From Candidatus Kaiserbacteria bacterium (GTDB lineage Bacteria > Patescibacteriota > Minisyncoccia > Phycocordibacterales > UBA918): a stretch of DNA of 64,000 nucleotides. A program made the position numbers and the translations under genes. Shown here one piece after another: positions 55,031-64,000 of the stretch. Where the stretch lies: positions 182,893 to 246,892 of the forward strand of contig JANPCG010000013.1 in assembly GCA_031430855.1 (NCBI GenBank), written 5' to 3'. Positions within the stretch are counted from its first letter, which is position 1. Each line of letters opens with the position of its first letter. Below the pieces are notes generated by a model that did no database searches, had not been told where the DNA came from, and saw only the letters and a program-made list of their open reading frames with translations.

Positions 55031-56812
55031 ATGTCTAAGGAAATTCGTAACATTGCGATTATTGCGCACGTTGACCATGGTAAGACGACGTTAACTGATG
55101 CTCTCATGGAGCAAACTGGTTCTCGTGAAAAAGGAGCTTCAATGGATAGTAACGCACTCGAACTAGAGCGAGGTATCACTATTTACGCCAAAAACACTTC
55201 GGTTGAATATAAAGATACTAAAATTAACATCGTTGATACGCCAGGCCACGCCGACTTCGGTTCAGAGGTGGAACGAGTACTGCGTTCAATTGATTGTGTG
55301 CTTCTCGTGGTTGATGCGCAAGAAGGACCAATGCCACAGACCCGGTTTGTACTCAAGAAGTCACTTGAACTTGGTCTCAAGCCAATTGTGGTCGTGAATA
55401 AAATCGACAAGCCAGCGGCTGATATCGATCGCACCGAAGAGCAGGTACTTGAACTCTTTCTTGAACTCGGAGCAAACGATGAGCAGTGTGACTTCACGAC
55501 GGTGTATGCCATCGGTCGCGAAGGAAAGGCGAAGCGTAAAGTAACCGACGAAATGGTAGACCTCTCACCCCTCTTGGATGTAATTTTGGAATTGGTACCA
55601 CCAGCGCGAGCATTTGTACCGGGCGAGGCTTTGCGTGCTCAGGTATTTAACCTCGGCTACGATAACTTCCTTGGTCGTCTTGCGATTGCTCGTGTCTACG
55701 AAGGTTCAATCAAAGCGAATCAGCAGTTATTGATCAAGCACGAAAACGATGAGACGCGGAAGGGTAAGGTTGTAAAACTTTCAACCTTCCACGGTATTTC
55801 TAAAGTAGAAACCCCCGAAGCGTTTGCGGGTGATATTGTGATGATTGCGGGATTTGAAAATATTAATATTGGTGACACACTTACCGATAGTGATGCAGCA
55901 GAACCACTCCCGGCGATCAAGGTTGATGAGCCAACAATTGCGCTTCAATTTATGCCGAACGCCTCACCATTCGCTGGTCGCGAAGGTAAATACGTTACCT
56001 CACGCCAAATCAAAGAACGTCTCGAGAAAGAACTCGAAGTAAACGTTGGATTACAGGTTGATTTTGCTTCTGGCGATACGTTTGAAGTCCGCGGACGTGG
56101 AGAAATGCACATTGCGATTTTACTCGAGAATATGCGTCGTGAAGGCTACGAACTCGCGGTCTCACAACCACAGGTAATTATCAAAGAAATTGATGGGGTA
56201 AAGTCTGAACCGTTTGAAGAAGTTACTGTTGATATTCCATCTGAATACCAAGGAGCCGTCATTGAACGATTGGGTACCCGCGCGTTTACGATGACTAATA
56301 TGATTGTGCATGAAAACCAGGTCCGTATTATTCTCGAAGGACCAACTCGTGGACTTTTGGGCTACAAAAACCAATTTGTGGTTGATACGAAAGGTGATGG
56401 TATTTTGGCCTCACGAGTGCTTGGATTCCGTCCATACGCGGGTGAAATTAAGAAGCGTCAGGTTGGCTCAATGATTTCTATGATTCAAGGCAAGGCACTT
56501 GGCTTTGCGCTCTACACGCTCCAGGATCGCGGCCAACTCTATATTGGTGCCGGAACTGAAGTGTATGAAGGAATGGTGATTGGTAACACGAGTAAAGGTG
56601 AAGAAATGACGGTAAATCCAACCAAAGGTAAGCAGCTTACGAACATGCGCTCGGCGGGTACTGACGAAGCAATTAACCTTATTAATCCCCGAATTATTAC
56701 GATTGAAGTTGGACTCGAAATCATGTCTGACGATGAATTCCTCGAAGTAACACCGGAATCAGTTCGTCTCCGTAAGGCAAAACTTAAAGAGGGTGACCGC
56801 AAGCGAGGGTAA
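55031..56812 (+). CDS. typA: translational GTPase TypA/BipA
   Basis: IRNIAIIAHVDHGKTTL, DTPGHADF and NKID G-motifs, EF-G-like domains. 593 aa. Confidence 0.9.
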   Translation: MSKEIRNIAIIAHVDHGKTTLTDALMEQTGSREKGASMDSNALELERGITIYAKNTSVEYKDTKINIVDTPGHADFGSEVERVLRSIDCVLLVVDAQEGPMPQTRFVLKKSLELGLKPIVVVNKIDKPAADIDRTEEQVLELFLELGANDEQCDFTTVYAIGREGKAKRKVTDEMVDLSPLLDVILELVPPARAFVPGEALRAQVFNLGYDNFLGRLAIARVYEGSIKANQQLLIKHENDETRKGKVVKLSTFHGISKVETPEAFAGDIVMIAGFENINIGDTLTDSDAAEPLPAIKVDEPTIALQFMPNASPFAGREGKYVTSRQIKERLEKELEVNVGLQVDFASGDTFEVRGRGEMHIAILLENMRREGYELAVSQPQVIIKEIDGVKSEPFEEVTVDIPSEYQGAVIERLGTRAFTMTNMIVHENQVRIILEGPTRGLLGYKNQFVVDTKGDGILASRVLGFRPYAGEIKKRQVGSMISMIQGKALGFALYTLQDRGQLYIGAGTEVYEGMVIGNTSKGEEMTVNPTKGKQLTNMRSAGTDEAINLINPRIITIEVGLEIMSDDEFLEVTPESVRLRKAKLKEGDRKRG

Positions 56813-56935
56813 TTAAATATAAACCATAAAGACAAAAACTAAGGGTGAGGAAGCGTTCCGCTTCCTCACCCTTAGTTTTTGTTTATAAAAAGAATATACT
56901 TAATACTAGCAGAAGTGTGGTATAATATTAAAGTT

Positions 56936-57139
56936 ATGGATTTAACTAAATTCAAAAATGTAGTTTGGAAAGAAGGCGAACACTATGTTGCGCAGTCTTT
57001 AAACGTAGATGTTTCTAGTTTTGACGACACCAAAGAAGGCGCTCTAAAGAATTTACGGGAGGCACTCGAGCTTTATTTTGAAGACGTAGACATGGATACC
57101 GTTCCGATGATTGCAGAGGTCGAGTTTGCGAGTGTATAA
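56936..57139 (+). CDS. hicB: HicB-family antitoxin
   Basis: UPF0150-like pattern WKEGEHYVAQSLNVDVSSFDDTKEGALKNLREALELYFE. A TATAAT box is 10 nt upstream of the ATG. Confidence 0.65.
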   Translation: MDLTKFKNVVWKEGEHYVAQSLNVDVSSFDDTKEGALKNLREALELYFEDVDMDTVPMIAEVEFASV

Positions 57140-57141
57140 AT

Positions 57142-57357
57142 ATGCCAAGACTGCATTCTTCGATGCAGATTATAAAAATGCTCAACCAACATGGTTTTAT
57201 TTTTATTTCTCAAAAAGGCAGTCATGCGAAATATCGAAAATTGGTAGGAGATATTGTTTCTACGGTCATTGTCCCGACCCCGCGTAAGGAAATTCCTCTC
57301 GGGACGTTTCGTTCGATTGTTCGACAGTCAAAGTTGAGCATAGAAGATTTTGATTGA
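57142..57357 (+). CDS. hicA: HicA-family mRNA interferase toxin
   Basis: KMLNQHGFIFISQKGSHAKYRK is a YcfA/HicA motif, about 70 aa. Confidence 0.7.
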   Translation: MPRLHSSMQIIKMLNQHGFIFISQKGSHAKYRKLVGDIVSTVIVPTPRKEIPLGTFRSIVRQSKLSIEDFD

Positions 57358-57400
57358 TGGCTATGTGGTGAGTTTGGTATATTAGATATACTAAGAGCCT

Positions 57401-58225
57401 ATGTTAGATATTTCAAAAAAGAGTTTATTGCTTGGTGGATTGTTGCTCGTTGCCTTTATTGGAATAGGATACACACTTTTTATGTCACCAGAACCTATAA
57501 AGATACCAGTGGTAAGCGATAATATGGAATCTGAATCAGAAGTAGTGGCTGCGAGCCTGCCGAAAGTTACGCCAATTGAGCATGCGAGTTTTTACCTCGA
57601 ATGGGGTGATGAAGTAATCTACTTTGATCCGGTGGGTGAAGTTGCTGACTACAGTGCCTATCCAAAACCAACCGCTATTTTTATTACTGACATTCACGGT
57701 GATCACCTGAACAAAGATGTCATTGCGGCACTCCTGAGTGAAGGGGTTGATTTGATTGTTCCAGCGGCCGTAAAAGACGAGCTGCCAACTGATTTAGCGA
57801 CTCGCGCGACGGTAATGGAGAACGGTGCCGTTTTTGCTTTTCGTGATATTACCGTCACTGCCGTTCCAATGTATAACCTCCCGGGAGACAGCGAGAAATT
57901 TCACATCAGCGGCCGTGGTAATGGCTATGTGCTCGAGCGTGATGGCGTCCGTGTCTATAATGCGGGTGATACGGCGGGCACCCCTGAAATGAAAGCACTC
58001 GAAGATATTGATGTTGCATTTGTGCCGATGAACCTCCCGTACACTATGGATATTGCTGAGGCAGCCGAAGCAGTTCTCGCCTTTGCGCCAAAGGTAGTGT
58101 ATCCATTCCACTATCGTGGACCAGATGGATTAAGTGATGTTGAAGCCTTTAAAGCGATGGTTACGACAGCTAATCCCAACATTGAAGTTTTTTTGGCAAA
58201 GTGGTATCCCGAAGCAGCTGAGTAA
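57401..58225 (+). CDS. MBL-fold metallo-hydrolase, membrane anchored
   Basis: ITDIHGDH (HxHxDH) motif. N-terminal TM helix. Confidence 0.65.
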   Translation: MLDISKKSLLLGGLLLVAFIGIGYTLFMSPEPIKIPVVSDNMESESEVVAASLPKVTPIEHASFYLEWGDEVIYFDPVGEVADYSAYPKPTAIFITDIHGDHLNKDVIAALLSEGVDLIVPAAVKDELPTDLATRATVMENGAVFAFRDITVTAVPMYNLPGDSEKFHISGRGNGYVLERDGVRVYNAGDTAGTPEMKALEDIDVAFVPMNLPYTMDIAEAAEAVLAFAPKVVYPFHYRGPDGLSDVEAFKAMVTTANPNIEVFLAKWYPEAAE

Positions 58226-58292
58226 TTACCTGTGTAAAAGGAAACGACCAGGCCAAGGAGGCTTGGTCGTTTTTCGTTCTGCAGTCGCCTGT

Positions 58293-58652
58293 TCAGAGAT
58301 GACGGGCATACACGCGGCTGGGACTGGTGATGCCGGACATATACATGACGGCGAAACTAAATTGTTTCAGTTCGGGGAATTCCCGAAGCAACCAGTCACG
58401 CAGTTGGTCGGCGTCGACTGATGTCGTTATTGTCGGGTTGGCCGTCAAAGCGAAGTTGAAGGTGGCGCAGTTGGTACTGTAGTGTTGATCAAGACGGGTG
58501 ATGACCTGCGTTTTGAGAACAGTCACTTCCGCTTGGTCGACATTGAAAACCGTGCCAAAATAGTGACAGAGCGCGGCACTGTTTTTCTTCAAGAATTCGC
58601 GAGCACGCTTGCCGTCTTCAGGCGGCAGAAAAGCACAATCAGTCATGAACAT
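58293..58652 (-). CDS. hypothetical protein
   Basis: 119 aa, no family. Confidence 0.3.
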   Translation of the reverse strand: MFMTDCAFLPPEDGKRAREFLKKNSAALCHYFGTVFNVDQAEVTVLKTQVITRLDQHYSTNCATFNFALTANPTITTSVDADQLRDWLLREFPELKQFSFAVMYMSGITSPSRVYARHL

Positions 58653-59377
58653 CAGACAACTCCAGTTGGATCAGGGGACGATTCTCTCGGTACCGTACTC
58701 CAATCGCAGGGGTTCTGCAAGCTCTTTAACTCTGTATGCAGGTATGATAGCGTAATGAAAGATATTGGAGGGTACGAAAAATGGCCAAACGAATCACCGA
58801 TCACGACCAAGCTCGACGGGTGAGACTGAACCAAAAGCGGGCTCGTAAAGCCATAGCGAGGCGACAGAAGAAAGAAAAGCAGCTGCTCGAACAAATGCCG
58901 TCGCTGTCGAATCTGAAGCGACTGAGTGCTCGCGATATGCAGTTTTTGGTAGATAAACTTTCTCCCGGAACAATCTAAGGCGCTGATACACCGGCCGTAG
59001 CCTCGTTTATCTGGCTACACAAATCAGATCCGGTATGAAGAAGAAGTGAGACGAGACGAGAGGCCGCCCTTCTTCAAAAGGGCGGCTTTTACTTGCAGAG
59101 TAGTCGCGGCTTTGCTAGTCTCTTTCTTAGGCAACCAACAGGAGGTTTTATGTCCACGAAGAAGCTTACGATGGCACAGGAAGCGAATCGCAGTGAACTG
59201 CTGCGTCGGCGCGCGAAGAAACGGGCGCACCGGGACGGCTCGATGGCCGAAGAAGAAAGTCGGGTCCAGTCCGAGCAGGGAAGCGGAAACGAAGCTTCCC
59301 AGATGGAAGGCTGACCAGGCCAGGCGGTAAAAAAAAACGGCGCTCCCTAATTCTCTGGGAGCGCCGTTCATTCGTTT

Positions 59378-60088
59378 TTAGTTGATACCAAGTTCCTGTA
59401 AAAACGCCTCCAGTTCTTCCCCTGCTACTTTTCGATATTGATTCGGTTTGAGGTTCTTGAGTTCAATATTGGCAATCCGAACTCGCTTTAAAGATTTTAC
59501 TTGGTACCCCAAGGCTGCACACATCCGTCTGATTTGGTGCTTCTTGCCCTCGGTCAATATAATATTAAATTTCTTGGTGTTTTTTCCTGATGGCGTTACT
59601 TTTGCTGGTTTGGTTGTATAGCCTTCAATGTCCACACCGTTTTGCATCAGGTGGGCAAAGAGGGTAGAGATGTCTTTATCGACTTCTACACTGTATTCTT
59701 TTTCGTGGCTATTGTCGGTGTCTAAGAGTGGTCCAACGATGCGTCCGTCGTTACTGAGGATGATCAGGCCTTCTGATGCCTTATCGAGTCGTCCAACGGG
59801 ACTCACATCGGTAATGCCAAAATCACGTTCGAGACGCATCACGATATCAACCTCTTTTTCGCCTGGGGAGTGGGTGATAGTACCACGACCTTTGTAGTAG
59901 GCGAGGTATTTTTTGGTTTTAGTTTCGCCTTTAAGGGCGACTTTGTCTCCTTCATTGATCGATTGGCCCATTACGGCCTTTTTGCCATTCACCGTAATTT
60001 GGCCACGTTCAATTAAAGTATCGGCCTCCCGCCGTGAGGCGATGCCGGTATGAGCGAGATATTTGTTGATGCGCATGGGGAATTCCAT
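59378..60088 (-). CDS. RNA pseudouridine synthase (RsuA/RluB family) with S4 domain
   Basis: MRINKYLAHTGIASRREADTLIERG (S4 domain) and VGRLDKASEGLIILSNDG catalytic Asp motif. Confidence 0.85.
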   Translation of the reverse strand: MEFPMRINKYLAHTGIASRREADTLIERGQITVNGKKAVMGQSINEGDKVALKGETKTKKYLAYYKGRGTITHSPGEKEVDIVMRLERDFGITDVSPVGRLDKASEGLIILSNDGRIVGPLLDTDNSHEKEYSVEVDKDISTLFAHLMQNGVDIEGYTTKPAKVTPSGKNTKKFNIILTEGKKHQIRRMCAALGYQVKSLKRVRIANIELKNLKPNQYRKVAGEELEAFLQELGIN

Positions 60089-60505
60089 AAGACAAAAATT
60101 ATAGCATAAAAAACAGATTTGGCAATTTTTATGAGTGTAGTCATTTTTACCACTACACAGTATTTTTTATAGACACAAACGGCACTTGTTGTTACCGTAT
60201 AAATAGAGTCTCGAACAAGAAGGGAAACTGAAATGACTCCTGATGAGTTTATGTATAACTACGTCGCGACAGCGCAGTCACATTGTGCCTTAAAGGCGTT
60301 TGATGGTGACGGCACTATCTACGCCATTACCAGTTTGAACTATACTTTTGGTCAAGCTTTGCAAATGGGGGTTGATCTCCTCTATGCCGGCTTGATTGAT
60401 CGGTATATCATCTGGTGCGACTTTGGCATCATGATCTGAACCGTCAAAAGAAAATGGCCGGGACTATCATTGTCCTGGCCATTTCGTCCTTCAGGTGATT
60501 GTTGG

Positions 60506-61081
60506 TTATTCTTTGGCTTTGAGGGTGTACGTAATCCCGGTGACTTTAACCATATCATTACTAAATAACTTGGCGTTCATGCCGGCTGTCGGGGTGACAT
60601 AATACTGCAGTTCTGAGGGATTCAGTTGTGCGTTAATCTTTTTTCCTTTGTCTACCATGATAAAGGGTAGTGCCGTCATCTGTGTCTTATAGTCAGCTAC
60701 TTTTGTTCCGGCAGGCATCGTGAGGGCGACGACAAAGGTAAAATCAGCAGCTTTACCAGCGGGGAGGTAATACATACCATTTTTAATTTCTGCCGTACTT
60801 ACTACTAATGCCGACATTGTACCAAGGTTACTGGTCGTACTCCCCGTCATGAGTTCGTAGGAAACAGCATCCCTTGTTGGCATAGCTCCGCGTACAGCAC
60901 TGATCGGAATATATAATTCCCGATTAAGAAACCCAAAGCGATACGTAATAGTGTAAAGCGCGGTCGTGTCGCTATACTGGCGAGCAGATTGACTGGTAGT
61001 TTTGTATGCGAACGACAGTTGCGGAACCGCGATAATAACCATTGCTGCGCATATAAAAGCTTTCATACATGTTGTTTTCAT
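60506..61081 (-). CDS. secreted hypothetical protein
   Basis: Signal peptide MKAFICAAMVIIAVPQLSFA. Confidence 0.4.
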   Translation of the reverse strand: MKTTCMKAFICAAMVIIAVPQLSFAYKTTSQSARQYSDTTALYTITYRFGFLNRELYIPISAVRGAMPTRDAVSYELMTGSTTSNLGTMSALVVSTAEIKNGMYYLPAGKAADFTFVVALTMPAGTKVADYKTQMTALPFIMVDKGKKINAQLNPSELQYYVTPTAGMNAKLFSNDMVKVTGITYTLKAKE

Positions 61082-61154
61082 AATCCCTAGTGTAGCACCG
61101 GTCTATCTGATTTAACAACCGAGAAAGAAACTGCGGTATACTGCGTAGTAAACT

Positions 61155-61751
61155 ATGTCACCTGAGCTCTATCCAAACGACATGACCGACCGTGACATTG
61201 TCGCGGCGGCCCGCAAAACGCCAGACGCGTTTGCGGTTTTGGTGGCACGCTATGAGGCGAAATTAGATCGCTATATTATGCGTTTGGGGGTGAGGCGGCC
61301 AGAAGATCGCGAAGACGTGCTCCAGGAAATTTTTATTAAAGTCTATCGTAACCTCAACAGCTACGATGCAGACTTGTCATTCTCGTCCTGGATTTATCGC
61401 ATTGCCCACAATGAAGCGATTACGTTTTATCGAAAATTATCGGTCCGACCGGAAGGACATCAAATCGATGACGGTGACGAGTTATTCTCTTGGCTACTTG
61501 ATTCCGAAGTAGCGTCAGCGGAACGTCTCTTTGACGAAACCGTTAGTAGTGCAGTTTTACATAAAGCCCTACAGGCCCTCGAGCCAAAGTATCGTGACCC
61601 GATAATTTTGCGTTATTTTGAATATCGGGAGTACGATGAAATATCAGACATTCTAAAAATACCCATCGGGTCGGTTGGGACCCTCATCCATCGCGGCAAG
61701 AAGCGCCTCGCCGAACTGATACCACAAACCCATATCTCCCCAACACCATGA
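61155..61751 (+). CDS. ECF-type RNA polymerase sigma factor
   Basis: Region 2 LQEIFIKVYRNL...SWIYRIAHNEAITFYRK and region 4 EYDEISDILKIPIGSVGTLIHRGKKRL. Confidence 0.85.
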   Translation: MSPELYPNDMTDRDIVAAARKTPDAFAVLVARYEAKLDRYIMRLGVRRPEDREDVLQEIFIKVYRNLNSYDADLSFSSWIYRIAHNEAITFYRKLSVRPEGHQIDDGDELFSWLLDSEVASAERLFDETVSSAVLHKALQALEPKYRDPIILRYFEYREYDEISDILKIPIGSVGTLIHRGKKRLAELIPQTHISPTP

Positions 61752-62638
61752 ATCAAAATAATACACAACCAATTACCCCTGTCGCCTCGAGTGTCCTCGA
61801 GCGTATTCAAGCGGAGAACTTAGCACCCCGGCCACGCTATACCTTTGTGGTGCGTGAATGCGCACTTTGGCTCTTGTGGGGGTTGACGGTCCTCTTGGGT
61901 GCGGCCGCCCTTGCAGTGATGTTGTATGTCGGCATGAACGCGACCTATGCTCTGTATGAAGTGACGCATCGAAATTTTGTCACGTTTGTATTTACTGTCT
62001 TGCCGTACGTTTGGCTAGTTTTATTAGCGCTTATGGCCTATTTCTCGGTATATGAGTTGCGTCATACCAAGCGGGGGTATAAATATAGTGCTCTGCAATT
62101 AGTTGGGAGTAGTTTCTGTTTAAGTCTCGTCGGTGGCATGCTGTTTCATTCCGCTGGTTTTGGGTACTTCCTTGATCAAACCCTTGGCAAACAAATTGCG
62201 CATTATATGTCGATGGAAAAAATGGAGTTAAAAATGTGGCAGATGCCTGCCTCGGGCCGTTTGGTCGGGATGGTTGTGCCGCGTCCGGAGGTGATGAGTC
62301 GCGACGCGGTTCTACAATTTGAAGATAAAGATGGCATGAATTGGAAACTGAGTAGCACTGAACTCACTCCGTACGAGATGGAACTTTTGTCCACCAAGAG
62401 TCGGGTTCGGTTATTAGGCACCAGTACGGCTCCTGAAGTTTTTCACATTTGTGCCGTTTTTCCGTGGATGTTTGAGAAAGCCATGGGACGAGCTGATATG
62501 GAGCGAGAACGTGGTCTCTTTGAAGAGCGCATCAACTATCATTCTCGCATGACGACAACCAACCCCGGTTTAGCAGAAACTATTCCAACTGACGAATTGT
62601 GTGCCCATCTCGAGACGATGGGGCAGCGGGGACGATAA
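61748..62638 (+). CDS. putative membrane anti-sigma factor (inference from position)
   Basis: Overlaps the sigma factor stop by 4 bp. Three or four TM helices. No family signature. Confidence 0.3.
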   Translation: MNQNNTQPITPVASSVLERIQAENLAPRPRYTFVVRECALWLLWGLTVLLGAAALAVMLYVGMNATYALYEVTHRNFVTFVFTVLPYVWLVLLALMAYFSVYELRHTKRGYKYSALQLVGSSFCLSLVGGMLFHSAGFGYFLDQTLGKQIAHYMSMEKMELKMWQMPASGRLVGMVVPRPEVMSRDAVLQFEDKDGMNWKLSSTELTPYEMELLSTKSRVRLLGTSTAPEVFHICAVFPWMFEKAMGRADMERERGLFEERINYHSRMTTTNPGLAETIPTDELCAHLETMGQRGR

Positions 62639-62770
62639 CGGAATCTGATTTTTTAACAACTAGACACAAGCTTTTTTCTGTTGCTTGACCTTGCTTTTCT
62701 TCATAAAGGGGTATACCATTTCACAAAACGGAGAGAATCAACATTAACCATTTTACTTTTTAATAATTTT

Positions 62771-64000
62771 TATGAACATATTTACTAGAACCGGTTCAAA
62801 AATAGCGCAAATGTTTGCTATTTTAACGGTCTTCACCTTACTTGTCGGTGTTTTACCAATGAGTGCGCAGGCCGTCGTAATTGATGGTCCGCCCCCAACT
62901 ATTATTGATGTTTGTTCAAATATTGAATTATCTCAGCTCGAAACACCGGAAGGAATGACAAATAATGATGGTATTTGTACCCTTATCGAGGCTCCTATCG
63001 TTGATATTTGCGCCAATCTTGAAGGTGATCAAACCGTTGTTCCGGAAGGACGAGTGCTTGAAGGAGACAATCAGTGTGTCCTGCGAGGTGATGAAATTGA
63101 GGAACCGGCAATCTGCGCCGATGATGAAGCTGTTAATTTTGAACAAGAAGGTAAGTGTCGTTATGAAGAAATCGACGATACGCCAACTCCCCCTCGAATA
63201 ATTAATACTTGTCTTGTACCTAGTACGCTCGGAGATGAGAGTGAGTTCGTAATGGGCGATTCTGGTGAGAAAACGGTAGCAGAAATGCTTGCTCTGCACG
63301 GTTATGGAGCAATTGATACTGATGCTGATCAAATTAACTACCAGGTTTGGAATTTAGCTAATGATACTGCGGTGTCAGTTACTTTTACGATGCGTGTCCT
63401 TGGGAAGCGCGCGGGGAATACTCAAATTGTCGGGTACTACAAAGCGGGTGATGACCTGACTTTTACAACAGCCTTGACCCAAAGTCTTGATACTGATGGC
63501 GAAGAGTCTGTTTCGGTTACCATCCCGGCTGAGTACGCTAATAGTTTTGGGTTTGCCTTGCAATCAGCAGATAAGACCTGGTTTTCAGAGAAATCACTCA
63601 ATAGCGACGAAGCAGACCATGTCGCAGTCTACAATCCATCTGCGAATACCTACCTCCTCGCGTTTGAAGACTTTAATAATCTTGGTGATGGTGACTACAA
63701 CGACATTGTGATTGAAATTGATGAAGTTACCTGTAACCGAACACCACAGGTAATTAACTCATGTTTAATTCCTTCTACCTTAAAAGATAAGGGCGAATTT
63801 ATTATTGAAAGTGATTCGGGTGAAAAGACGGTAGCTGAAATGCTCGCTGATCATGGTTATGCTTCAGTCGATATTGCAGCAGACCAACGAAATTACCAGG
63901 TCTGGAATTTAGCTGATGCAGACGCTGATTCGGTCACATTCACGATGCGTGTCCTTGGGAAGCGTGCGGGGAATACCCAAATTGTCGGATACTACAAAGC
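62771..64000 (+). CDS. secreted tandem-repeat protein (DUF4114-like domains), 3'-partial
   Basis: Open frame to the window end, missing from the ORF track because it has no stop. Signal peptide. Two copies of an ~190-aa repeat containing NYQVWNLA, TFTMRVLGKRAGNTQIVGYYKAGDD and FEDFNNLGDGDYNDIVIEI (the GDxDYND signature of DUF4114). Confidence 0.55.

Overview
This is a bacterial chromosomal segment of about 45% GC with compact gene spacing and many hypothetical secreted or membrane proteins, suggesting a small-genome uncultivated lineage (CPR/Patescibacteria-like; inference only). Recognisable core genes include a DsbA-like oxidoreductase, GH1 beta-glucosidase plus a clan-A glycosidase, class II photolyase plus an HhH-GPD glycosylase, RNase J, SecG, GroES/GroEL, LemA, HtpX, an L,D-transpeptidase, two peptide deformylases plus Fmt, a PriA-like protein, an HTH-MurA fusion, MreB, TypA/BipA, HicAB, RsuA-like pseudouridine synthase, an ECF sigma factor, tRNA-Ser(GGA) and tRNA-Asn(GUU). 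Three things stand out. First, a gene cluster at 617-5499 has two MATCAP/DUF1704-like HExxH peptidase paralogs, a Fem/GNAT-like aminoacyltransferase-fold protein and an ATP-grasp ligase; it looks like a peptide-tail ligation and trimming system. Second, a dispersed family of structured repeat elements occurs in at least eight copies in 64 kb. Two related subfamilies share a conserved 8-bp hairpin whose stem covaries between copies, and one subfamily is bounded by inverted copies of tRNA 3' ends. Third, a 2.2-kb nearly ORF-free island at 41.7-43.9 kb is packed with these repeats, terminator hairpins and a promoter-driven sRNA candidate. There are also GC-rich patches (~55-60%) next to the two def genes.
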